From contig CAJOKY010000001.1 in NCBI GenBank assembly GCA_905235425.1, positions 1 through 37,204 of the forward strand: a stretch of 37,204 nucleotides of DNA, written 5' to 3'. A model generated the notes under the pieces. That model had not been told where the DNA came from, ran no database searches, and saw only the letters and a program-made list of their open reading frames with translations. A program made the position numbers and the translations under genes. This document shows positions 16,890 to 24,952 of the stretch, one piece after another (the first letter of the stretch is position 1; each line of letters opens with the position of its first letter). The DNA comes from an uncultured Selenomonadaceae bacterium. Its GTDB lineage: Bacteria; Bacillota; Negativicutes; Selenomonadales; Selenomonadaceae.

Positions 16890-17121
16890 TTTTTAGCCCT
16901 GCTGAAAATGCACAAAAAATTGTGCAAAATTAGTGCATCGTCTTTTTTCTTTCTGTGCTATCATATCGCAAAAGCGAGTTTTTCGGTTAATGTTCACTTA
17001 TGCATTTCACTTCGTGAAACGCTAAAATTATTCAGTGGTGACGCCGCTTTTCGGCGATTAAAAATTGCCATTCGCTGTCGCTCATTGAACCTACGGTTGG
17101 CTGGAGAAAGGAGAAATCTTC
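16890..17121. other. Candidate oriT / divergent promoter region
   Basis: Intergenic region directly upstream of the relaxase. Inverted repeats: TGCACA-6-TGTGCA (16909-16926), nested ATGCAC...GTGCAT (16908-16938), GCATTTCAC-ttc-GTGAAACGC (17002-17022), and GC-rich CGCCG-ctttt-CGGCG (17042-17056). TTCACTT occurs twice as a direct repeat. A possible extended -10, TGCTATCAT, lies at 16956-16964. Confidence 0.4.
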
Positions 17122-20112
17122 ATGGCGTTGTTCCATTTCAGAATTAAATCTGATAAAAAGCCTGACGGCACTAAAATTTCTGCCGTCAATCACGTTGACT
17201 ACATTCGCCGTGAAGGTGTTTTTTCCGATATTGACTGTGCCACTTCCATTGACCATTTTAGCGGTAACTTTATTTCTTCTTCCGAGATTAAAGACGCTTG
17301 TAGCGGTATCGATACTTTGCTTTACCATACTGATGATTTCGGCTCTATCAGAAATTCTTCCAACGGTATCGAACTTTCCGATAATTCCTCTCCTACCACT
17401 ATTTCTATCGCTCTTTTGCTTGCCAATAACGTTATGAATCATCAGCCTCTTATTATTTCCGGCTCTGATGACTTTAAAAAATCTGTCATAAACGCCGCTA
17501 TTTCTGACGACTTACCTATTTCTTTTGCCGACTCTGATATTCAAAATTTATTCATTCATCATAAGGAGCTTATCGAAAATGAACGATATTACTTCATCTC
17601 AAACGGTGGAACTTTCGTTACCAATCGACTCTACCCCAAGCAATGTTCTTCACCTCTTAATTCAAAATCAATCCAAGCTGTTGCCAAAATCGGACTTTGC
17701 TTGCCAACACTGTCCCAACTCCCTCTGGTTCATTCAGAATCACAACGAACTGACCTGCTTTTGCCGGCTGATGAATCTCGTCAGTTGGAACAACTCTCAA
17801 AAGACCTCTATCACCATGTGCGATGGAACTTTTCTCTCGAACGAAAAAAATTAGCTGAACGGACTTCTGATAAAATTCTTGCGAACATTAACGAAAATTT
17901 AACTCAGCTTTCCGCACAATCTCACGTCGAATACATTAACCGCGAAAATTCTTTTGCTCATCGCGGCGGTTGTATCTTCCACGCTCATCATCTCCCCAAA
18001 TGGGCTAATGACGACCCGAAAAAATTTTTCCGTGCCGCTGATAAATATGAAGGTTGCGGTAATCGTCGCTATGTTGAAATTGAATTTGCTCTTCCCAATG
18101 AACTTACTACCGTCGAACAATATCTGCAAATCATTGACCCTTTTATTGCCAAACATCTCAATGACCATTATTATACTTTCGCCATTCACGAAAAATTTGG
18201 CGCGTTATCCAATGGGCAACGTCACCCTCACGTTCACATTATGCTTTCCGAACGCCTTATTGATGATGTCGAAAAAATCAAAGAACGGAGTCCCAAGAAT
18301 TTTTTCAAATATCCGGCGCGAAAGAAAAAAGACGGTAGTCAACCCTCTTTTGATGAAAAGTTTAATCGCGGCTCTCCCAAATCCCGCAAATGGTGTGACC
18401 GTTCTTTTATCTCTCAACTTCGCGCCGACTTCGCTCATATTCAAAATGACGTTCTGGCTAAAAACGGCTTTTCCATTCGTGTTGACCATCGTTCCTTAAA
18501 GGCTCAAAAGGAAGAGGCGGAACGTAACGGCGATTCTTTCCTTGCTAAACTTTTCGATCGGATTCCTGAAGAATACATTGGTATCATTTCTCCTCAAGAC
18601 GAAGACAGTCCTCACTTGGCTCAATTAAAAGAATTTCGCTCTCTTCGTCAACAGCATTTCGATACCGTTTTAAAACTTGATTCTATGGCTAAAGAATTGG
18701 TGGAATTGGAAACTAAGGACGCTGTTCAAACTTCTTCCATTAACGCTAAAAATTTTATCGACTCGAATGAATTTTCTTCTCAATCTTTTGATTCTGATAA
18801 ACTTAAAGCTCTACGCGCCAATCTTTTAAATGCCGTCGCCGATGTCAATAAATGGAAACGCGTTATCATTTCTCAACACGACGCTGAAGAATCTGCCAAG
18901 CTTGAGTATATGACTAATTCTGAACGCGAAATTTGGCTACAATATTACTCCACCGTTTCTCACATTCATCACCTTGAACAATTTTTACAATCTTTACGCC
19001 AGCCTAAAGATTCTCAAGCTGACGCTTTAAAAGCTTATAATGAACTTATCGACAGCGTTAAGAAAAAACTTATTGCTCTTAATTCTTCCGTCGGACTTTT
19101 GGAAAAATCCATTGCCAACATTAACAAAAAACTTGACTCACCCGACTTCAGAAAAAATATTTTGCTTGTTACTCATCATATTTTACAAGATAATTCCTTT
19201 GCCAGAAAAAAATTGAAACAAGCTTGCTGTAATCTCGACCGCGCTGTTGACCAACTTCGTGGCGCTATTGTTGATAAAACTGTTTCTAACGAGAATAAGG
19301 AATTCTTCAAAACTAAAGAAGTCTATGACTTAGTTCGTCGTCAGTTTTTTGCTCTCAAAAAAGATTACGAGAAAACTCTCGATCTTAAATTTGACCTCCA
19401 ACAGAAAATTATCTCTACACCTCGTGCCCTCGATATGGCTAAAAATCTCTTTCTTCACGGGGCTTTAAAAGCTTTACGCGTGGACCTTCTCAAATATCGC
19501 AAAAATGAACAACGTTTCTCAAAAAATCTCTCCATCTTTAACCTGCGCGAAAAAAATTTCCTCAACAGGGATTGGTCTGTCGAGGAACGTCCTCTCTTTT
19601 TACAAGAAAAATATTTTATTGATAAACAGAAAATTTTGCTTGAGATTGAACATCAGCGTTTACTTAATTTGAAAATTTCTCTTGAAAATCGTGCGAACGA
19701 ATTGGAACAATTTTGCCAACTCCCCGATTCTCAAGAAAAAATTCAAGATATTGCTACCGGTATCTTACGCAAAAATTTTAAATTTGTTCGACGCCTTGAA
19801 GAAACCGAATCCAGACTTAAACATCTTTCTCAACGCATTAATCACGTTAAAAAACAAATGGACGCTATAAAATCTCAATTGGCTATCGACAAACGTCATA
19901 CCTGTTACAAAGTCGTTTCTTCTGGTAATTCGCACTCTTCCAATGAATCTCTGGCATCAATCATTGCTGACGCGATTTTACGTGAACCTGATGCCGTTCC
20001 TCTTGTCGCTCGTTCTGTCGATAACGATTCTAGATTGAACAAAGATTGGATTTGGTTGTCCGAGTTTGATAAAGATGAAATTATGATTAAAAAAATTCTT
20101 CGCGATTTATAA
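17122..20112 (+). CDS. MobA/MobL-family (MOBQ-type) relaxase with long alpha-helical C-terminal region
   Basis: N-terminus MALFHFRIKSDKKPDGTKISAVNHVDYIRREG matches the MobA catalytic-Tyr region. Also YVEIEFALPNELT and the His triad HPHVHIMLSER (18223-18237). AAAGGAGAA RBS. Confidence 0.9.
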   Translation: MALFHFRIKSDKKPDGTKISAVNHVDYIRREGVFSDIDCATSIDHFSGNFISSSEIKDACSGIDTLLYHTDDFGSIRNSSNGIELSDNSSPTTISIALLLANNVMNHQPLIISGSDDFKKSVINAAISDDLPISFADSDIQNLFIHHKELIENERYYFISNGGTFVTNRLYPKQCSSPLNSKSIQAVAKIGLCLPTLSQLPLVHSESQRTDLLLPADESRQLEQLSKDLYHHVRWNFSLERKKLAERTSDKILANINENLTQLSAQSHVEYINRENSFAHRGGCIFHAHHLPKWANDDPKKFFRAADKYEGCGNRRYVEIEFALPNELTTVEQYLQIIDPFIAKHLNDHYYTFAIHEKFGALSNGQRHPHVHIMLSERLIDDVEKIKERSPKNFFKYPARKKKDGSQPSFDEKFNRGSPKSRKWCDRSFISQLRADFAHIQNDVLAKNGFSIRVDHRSLKAQKEEAERNGDSFLAKLFDRIPEEYIGIISPQDEDSPHLAQLKEFRSLRQQHFDTVLKLDSMAKELVELETKDAVQTSSINAKNFIDSNEFSSQSFDSDKLKALRANLLNAVADVNKWKRVIISQHDAEESAKLEYMTNSEREIWLQYYSTVSHIHHLEQFLQSLRQPKDSQADALKAYNELIDSVKKKLIALNSSVGLLEKSIANINKKLDSPDFRKNILLVTHHILQDNSFARKKLKQACCNLDRAVDQLRGAIVDKTVSNENKEFFKTKEVYDLVRRQFFALKKDYEKTLDLKFDLQQKIISTPRALDMAKNLFLHGALKALRVDLLKYRKNEQRFSKNLSIFNLREKNFLNRDWSVEERPLFLQEKYFIDKQKILLEIEHQRLLNLKISLENRANELEQFCQLPDSQEKIQDIATGILRKNFKFVRRLEETESRLKHLSQRINHVKKQMDAIKSQLAIDKRHTCYKVVSSGNSHSSNESLASIIADAILREPDAVPLVARSVDNDSRLNKDWIWLSEFDKDEIMIKKILRDL

Positions 20113-20182
20113 CTTTACTCGTCAATATGTTTGGCTTAATTTTAAATTTACTCGCGTACCTATTTTATTTCCAACAAAAAAT

Positions 20183-20222
20183 CGGTCTTTGCTCTTCTTT
20201 GCTTAAGACCGTTTCTTTTTTT
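20183..20222. terminator. Bidirectional hairpin terminator between convergent relaxase and tnpV-like genes
   Basis: CGGTCTT-15nt-AAGACCG, flanked by an A-run upstream and TTTCTTTTTTT downstream. Confidence 0.5.
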
Positions 20223-20224
20223 AC

Positions 20225-20512
20225 TTATTTTTGGATTTCTTTTTTCAAAATTGCCTTTACTTCTTCTTCCAGTTTTTCCGTCTCCAATATCCATTCCAAA
20301 AAATCTTTTTCGTATAATTCTTTACTTATACCGCGTTTCAACAATAATTCTTCAAAAATCTTTTCGGCTCGTTTCGAGTACGATTTTTGATAACTCGTCA
20401 AATACTCTTCCAACTCTCCCTTCTCAAGCATTGCGGCGTACAATTCGGGATTTTTTTCGCGTAAATATTTTTCACGCATATTTCCCCACACGCCGCAAAA
20501 ACTATCTTCCAT
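20225..20512 (-). CDS. TnpV-like small protein
   Basis: 95 aa. GVWGNMREKYLREKNPELYAAMLEKGELEEYL resembles the TnpV family common on Firmicutes mobile elements. 11-nt overlap with the upstream gene. Confidence 0.6.
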   Translation of the reverse strand: MEDSFCGVWGNMREKYLREKNPELYAAMLEKGELEEYLTSYQKSYSKRAEKIFEELLLKRGISKELYEKDFLEWILETEKLEEEVKAILKKEIQK

Positions 20513-23156
20513 CCGTCCTCACTTCCTTCATTATTTCTGCGCCATAATTTTTATTGTTGACTCCCAGCGGACTTAATTCTTGTATCACTTGCTTAACCTT
20601 TTCTTCCGGATATTTTCCTACCATTTGTCTTGCCGTTTCCTCGTCAAATTTTTTCTGCTTTTTGGGCAAAAATTTATACAGAGAATGCAATTTGTAATTT
20701 GTATGCAAAATCTTATACCCCATTGAATTAGCCGTCATTCTCCCGCCTTTTTGCAAACTCAATATATTTTCGTCTATTCTTTCCACAAAATTTTTAAACT
20801 GCCCGTTTGTCAACGCCACTTCGGGATATTTTTCCTTGACTTCCTTTGAATTGAAAAATTTCTTTGCTCCTTCGAGCAATTTTTTTGTAAAAGCCAAAAA
20901 TTTTTGGGCTACACTCGGCTTTTCTTCCGACATTTTTTCAACGATTCGGCGTCCCGTTTTCATATCGGCAAAAGCATCTGCCAGCATTTCTTCCACTACT
21001 TTCGTATCACTAAGCGTCGGTTGTTTGACTGCCTTTTTATATTCTTCTATTTGATTACTGCTAAAAAATTCGTGGCGCTCTACATATTTGCTAATATCTT
21101 CGTAAAGTTCAGGCTCGTAATTTTTCAGCAAATGAAATGTTTCGTGCCAAAACGTCCAATCCAATGACGTTTCTGCGTTCCCATTTATGTACATTATGTC
21201 ATTGTCTGAATCATACCTGCCGTGAATTTCCGGCGCTCCCTCTATATACTTCAATTTTATTCCAAAAACTTCCTCACTCATCTTTTGGAGCGCCATCTGT
21301 TCCATCGTCAATTCTTTTTCCGACATCAGCCGCGTTTCCTTCAGCTTGTCACTCACATTTTCTATTGTCGCCGAATAAAGTTCGCAATTCTTATTGTGTT
21401 CCTTAAATCGTATTGAATCAAATAAATATTCGTATGCCGCTTTTATGTCTTCCATTTCTGCAGCCGTTGGATAAGGGTACGTATTTTCCATTTTGTAACT
21501 TTTTTCCGTCGTAGCCTTATCCCACGATTCTTCCGACCTGTAGTTTACCAGATAATCATTGCGGATTCCTTTTTCTTCCAATTTTGTCTTCAAATAAACT
21601 TCAAACGACCTTGCCGCCATTTCTTCCGGCAACGTCCAATATTCCTTATTTCGCCTTCTGTCCAGTATCTGACAACGTCTTACCATGTCGCTGTTATTTA
21701 TCACGCTTTGCACCAATCTAAAGCCTTCCATAACTTCCGCGCTGACTTTCTGCGGCGTTATTTGATTCTCATTGTGCGTCAGCATTGCTGTCACTTCTGT
21801 GTTTTCTTTTCTTCCAAAATAATTGTCCACAGCATGAAACCACTCGTGTCCGAGACTTCCAGCGCCTTTATTCTTTGTCAAATTGATGACAACCTTCACC
21901 GGCTCATAATGGGCAAGCGGCGCGTTACTTCCTCCTCTTCCTCGCGCTCCAAATGCCAGCCCCAATGTTCCATTCAACGACATTGCTCGCGGCGGCAATC
22001 TTAAAACTTCCGCCATATCCGTTAAGGCATCGTATGCCTTATTCAAATTTTCTTGCCGATTTTTATTTTCTACCCACTCGCCAAACTCCACCCCGCGAAA
22101 GCCGAATGTTTCTTGAAATTGTTCCGGCGTTACATCTCCGTCCCTTTTCAAATTTCCTGTGCGCGGATTGTTTTCCGTTTCTCTTTCATACGGGATATTC
22201 CGATATTTTTCTAATTTTTCTTCAAGTTCTTCCAAGTGGCTGTCCAAATATGTGTACGCCTCGTCACGGGTTTCAAATGGAGACTGTATCTCCACGTATT
22301 CTTTGCCTACCTTGCAACCTATGAAATAATAACTGCTGTAACGCCAGCTGTACACTTTGAACGGATTCTTTTTTTCTCTCGGCGTTTTATCTTGAATCTG
22401 GTCTCTCATTTTGTAACGATCCAGTGCATCATATTTTGTCGCTCCATATCCCAAGATTCTGTACCTATTTTCGCCGTGCATTTCTCGCAATTCTATCGGA
22501 TTTTCTTCGTCGTAGCGGTAATCGTAGCTGTCCAATTTTGCCAATGCAAGCGCGGAGCAATCTTTTTCGTGTCCCATTACGCTGTATATCAGCTTATAAT
22601 CTTCTATTTTCTGCGCTATACTTTTACAATTCCACATATTAAGGCTGTATTCGGACTCTTGCTTTCTGAACTTTTCCAGTTCCGACGAAAATTCTTCCTC
22701 CGTCCATTTATCTTCAAGGACACTTACCGCCATATCTCGCAGTACCGTCATTTCTTCTGCCCATTCTCTTAACCGCCACGAATATTTTTTAGGCTTAAGC
22801 GGTATTGTATCACGCAATGCCCGCACCGCATCTACTTTCCAACTTGCCATTCCCGTTTCCAAAAGTTTTTTGTAATTCGGCGTGGGAAATGACTTTGACA
22901 ACGGCACTCGCTCTGCTTCCGTCTCCATTGCTACCTTCATCAAATCGAAGTATGCCGCGTACAAATCTTTCCGCGCTCCTCCGATTTTTTCGCCGAAATC
23001 TTCAATTCTATTGGATTTTTTTATTTTATCATTTTTTGCTGATTCGTTCACCGTTTGCACGACCGTTTCAACAAAAATGTTCCCTTCATTCTCTTTTTCT
23101 AAATCCTCGAATAAATTATATTCCGCTGATTTTTTCTTTCGGCTCAATACTTTCAC
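20502..23156 (-). CDS. Large protein with two zincin-like (HExxH) modules, in the style of polyvalent proteins on conjugative elements
   Basis: 884 aa. GHEWFHAVD (~21834-21848) and WHETFHLL (~21129-21149). N-terminal FGEKIGGARKD motif. GTGA overlap with the upstream gene. Confidence 0.55.
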   Translation of the reverse strand: MKVLSRKKKSAEYNLFEDLEKENEGNIFVETVVQTVNESAKNDKIKKSNRIEDFGEKIGGARKDLYAAYFDLMKVAMETEAERVPLSKSFPTPNYKKLLETGMASWKVDAVRALRDTIPLKPKKYSWRLREWAEEMTVLRDMAVSVLEDKWTEEEFSSELEKFRKQESEYSLNMWNCKSIAQKIEDYKLIYSVMGHEKDCSALALAKLDSYDYRYDEENPIELREMHGENRYRILGYGATKYDALDRYKMRDQIQDKTPREKKNPFKVYSWRYSSYYFIGCKVGKEYVEIQSPFETRDEAYTYLDSHLEELEEKLEKYRNIPYERETENNPRTGNLKRDGDVTPEQFQETFGFRGVEFGEWVENKNRQENLNKAYDALTDMAEVLRLPPRAMSLNGTLGLAFGARGRGGSNAPLAHYEPVKVVINLTKNKGAGSLGHEWFHAVDNYFGRKENTEVTAMLTHNENQITPQKVSAEVMEGFRLVQSVINNSDMVRRCQILDRRRNKEYWTLPEEMAARSFEVYLKTKLEEKGIRNDYLVNYRSEESWDKATTEKSYKMENTYPYPTAAEMEDIKAAYEYLFDSIRFKEHNKNCELYSATIENVSDKLKETRLMSEKELTMEQMALQKMSEEVFGIKLKYIEGAPEIHGRYDSDNDIMYINGNAETSLDWTFWHETFHLLKNYEPELYEDISKYVERHEFFSSNQIEEYKKAVKQPTLSDTKVVEEMLADAFADMKTGRRIVEKMSEEKPSVAQKFLAFTKKLLEGAKKFFNSKEVKEKYPEVALTNGQFKNFVERIDENILSLQKGGRMTANSMGYKILHTNYKLHSLYKFLPKKQKKFDEETARQMVGKYPEEKVKQVIQELSPLGVNNKNYGAEIMKEVRTDGR

Positions 23157-23575
23157 CTCGATAAATCCGTTTCTTTCTCTTTTATCTCTTTGATGAGCGT
23201 GCTAATATAATGCGACTTCATTAAATCTTTGACATACTTGTCTTCTTTACAGTACTTTGAGCCATAAATTTTCAGTGCCTTCGACACAGTTCGCGGCGTC
23301 AAACCGCCTTCCAAGCCCTTTTGCGCAAAGTCTATATCTTCGGCAAATGAGATATATGCTCCCGATTCTGACATTAACGGTCTGTCAAACGTTTCCAAAA
23401 AACTTTCATACGTAAACACGCCTTTTTGTTTTCCTATGTAATCTTCGTGAACTACCGTTGCTCTGTACTTATTCCCGTGATTTCTCACAAGAGAACGTAT
23501 ATTGTACGTTCGGCGATTATCGAAAAGTTTTTCCGCTCTTTCTTCATCTGTCACTATCGTTACGGTTGATTCCAA
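23153..23575 (-). CDS. Hypothetical protein, tandem paralogue B
   Basis: Shares ...VTIVTDEERAEKLFD... and QKGLEGGLTPRTVSKALKIYGSKYCKEDKYVKDLMKS with the adjacent gene. Probable TTG start at 23575 after GGAGGGTGA; the track start is 23590. Confidence 0.55.
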   Translation of the reverse strand: MESTVTIVTDEERAEKLFDNRRTYNIRSLVRNHGNKYRATVVHEDYIGKQKGVFTYESFLETFDRPLMSESGAYISFAEDIDFAQKGLEGGLTPRTVSKALKIYGSKYCKEDKYVKDLMKSHYISTLIKEIKEKETDLSR

Positions 23576-23594
23576 TTTTTCACCCTCCAAAATT

Positions 23595-24047
23595 TTATCG
23601 TGACACTTCCAAATTTTTTTCTTCGTTTTTAATTTGATTGACCAGCTTTTGAATATCTTCCGACTTCATCAGCGCTTTGATATATTTTTCGTCGGCACAT
23701 TTTGACGACCCATAAATTTTTAAAATTTGCTTTACCGTTTTTACCGACAAGCCGCCTTCCAATCCTCTTTGCGCCATTTCCATATCTGTTTCCGAAAAAC
23801 TATTACTGCCGCTATTTCTCGCTCTCAATTCCAAATCATCAAACGTATCTATAAATGACTGATAATCGTACGTTTCGCCATTTTTATAACCGATTTTATC
23901 ACCGTGTCGCACCGTTACTTCAAACTTTGCTTGATCTCCCATTCTCTCGGTCTGCTCATAATATCTTATGCTGAATCCGCCTTGCGTATCATCAAATAAA
24001 CTTTCCATTTCTTCCGGCGTCGCATAAACTGTTACTCTTGATGTCAT
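23595..24047 (-). CDS. Hypothetical protein, tandem paralogue A
   Basis: MTSRVTVYATPEEMESLFDD... and QRGLEGGLSVKTVKQILKIYGSSKCADEKYIKALMKS. Probable ATG at 24047 after GGAGGA; the track start is TTG 24065. Confidence 0.55.
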   Translation of the reverse strand: MTSRVTVYATPEEMESLFDDTQGGFSIRYYEQTERMGDQAKFEVTVRHGDKIGYKNGETYDYQSFIDTFDDLELRARNSGSNSFSETDMEMAQRGLEGGLSVKTVKQILKIYGSSKCADEKYIKALMKSEDIQKLVNQIKNEEKNLEVSR

Positions 24048-24072
24048 CGCTTTTCTTTCCTCCAAAAAATTT

Positions 24073-24951
24073 TTATTTAAAATCCGGCATTCCTGTCACT
24101 TTCGGTTTTTCGTAGTCGTACTCTTCCTTCAACATTTTGTAAGTCACTTCGTCATACGGGTCTGCTACGTCAAATTTCGTTATTGAATCAATGTACGCCG
24201 ACTCAACGATTTCATCATATGCGCTTGCTTGATACACTGCTTGCACTTGTGCAAAATTCGCGTCCAACGCATTTTGTCTCGCCAACTCATACGCCAACAA
24301 CGCTTTCAATTCATTCTGCGCTTGATACATTTGCATTTCGCCTTCCGCCAAGTTCGTATGCGCCATAATTTTTTCTGCCGCCAATATTGATTTTTCCGTT
24401 TCGGCAATTTCTTGACGCGACCCCAAAACAAAATTTTTGTATGTTTCGTCCAACCATTTATATTTTTCCGACTCGTTATAATCTGCCGAATTATACGACT
24501 CCCAATCATCGGCGTTTCCTTGACGCAATTTGCCGTTACTTTCATCTATGACCGCAGTTTTGGCAATATTTTCCGTACCGAGCCCGATAACATTTAATGC
24601 CGATTCCGTTTCCAAAAATATTTCTTCTGAAAACGGCTTTGTATTTTTCTCTTCACTCTCGCTCTTGCTCAAAAATATTTTCGCTGTTTTTTCAAGATTA
24701 TCTCCTGCCACTATGGATTTTATATGCCGCCCATAATCGTACACACTTCCGCCATTTCTTGCCAAATCTCTAAGCGCAAACGGTGACGGACTGTCCTCAA
24801 ATGATACTTCCGTTAAACTGTAATAGGCGGCGGGGTTATACGGCTCTGTCCATCCCGGCACGCTGTACGCATACGCTACCAAATTGTAGCCGCCTAAAAA
24901 TCCCAAGCTGACTACTCCTAACATTGCCGCCAATTTTTTCTTACTTTGCAT
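24073..24951 (-). CDS. Bitopic membrane protein of unknown function (possible T4SS component)
   Basis: Probable ATG at 24951, 8 nt after GAGGAGGG and 1 nt after the upstream stop; the track start is TTG 24993. It has an N-terminal TM (LAAMLGVVSLGFLGGYNLVAYAY). No motif recognised. Confidence 0.5.
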   Translation of the reverse strand: MQSKKKLAAMLGVVSLGFLGGYNLVAYAYSVPGWTEPYNPAAYYSLTEVSFEDSPSPFALRDLARNGGSVYDYGRHIKSIVAGDNLEKTAKIFLSKSESEEKNTKPFSEEIFLETESALNVIGLGTENIAKTAVIDESNGKLRQGNADDWESYNSADYNESEKYKWLDETYKNFVLGSRQEIAETEKSILAAEKIMAHTNLAEGEMQMYQAQNELKALLAYELARQNALDANFAQVQAVYQASAYDEIVESAYIDSITKFDVADPYDEVTYKMLKEEYDYEKPKVTGMPDFK

Positions 24952-24952
24952 T

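Noticed and set aside
17195-18499. Alternative-frame and antisense ORFs inside the relaxase gene (17195-17437, 17525-17854, 17954-18499, 17899-18189, 18205-18489)
   Set aside because: The relaxase frame carries all the conserved MobA/MobL motifs continuously. The other frames show no motifs and no RBSs.
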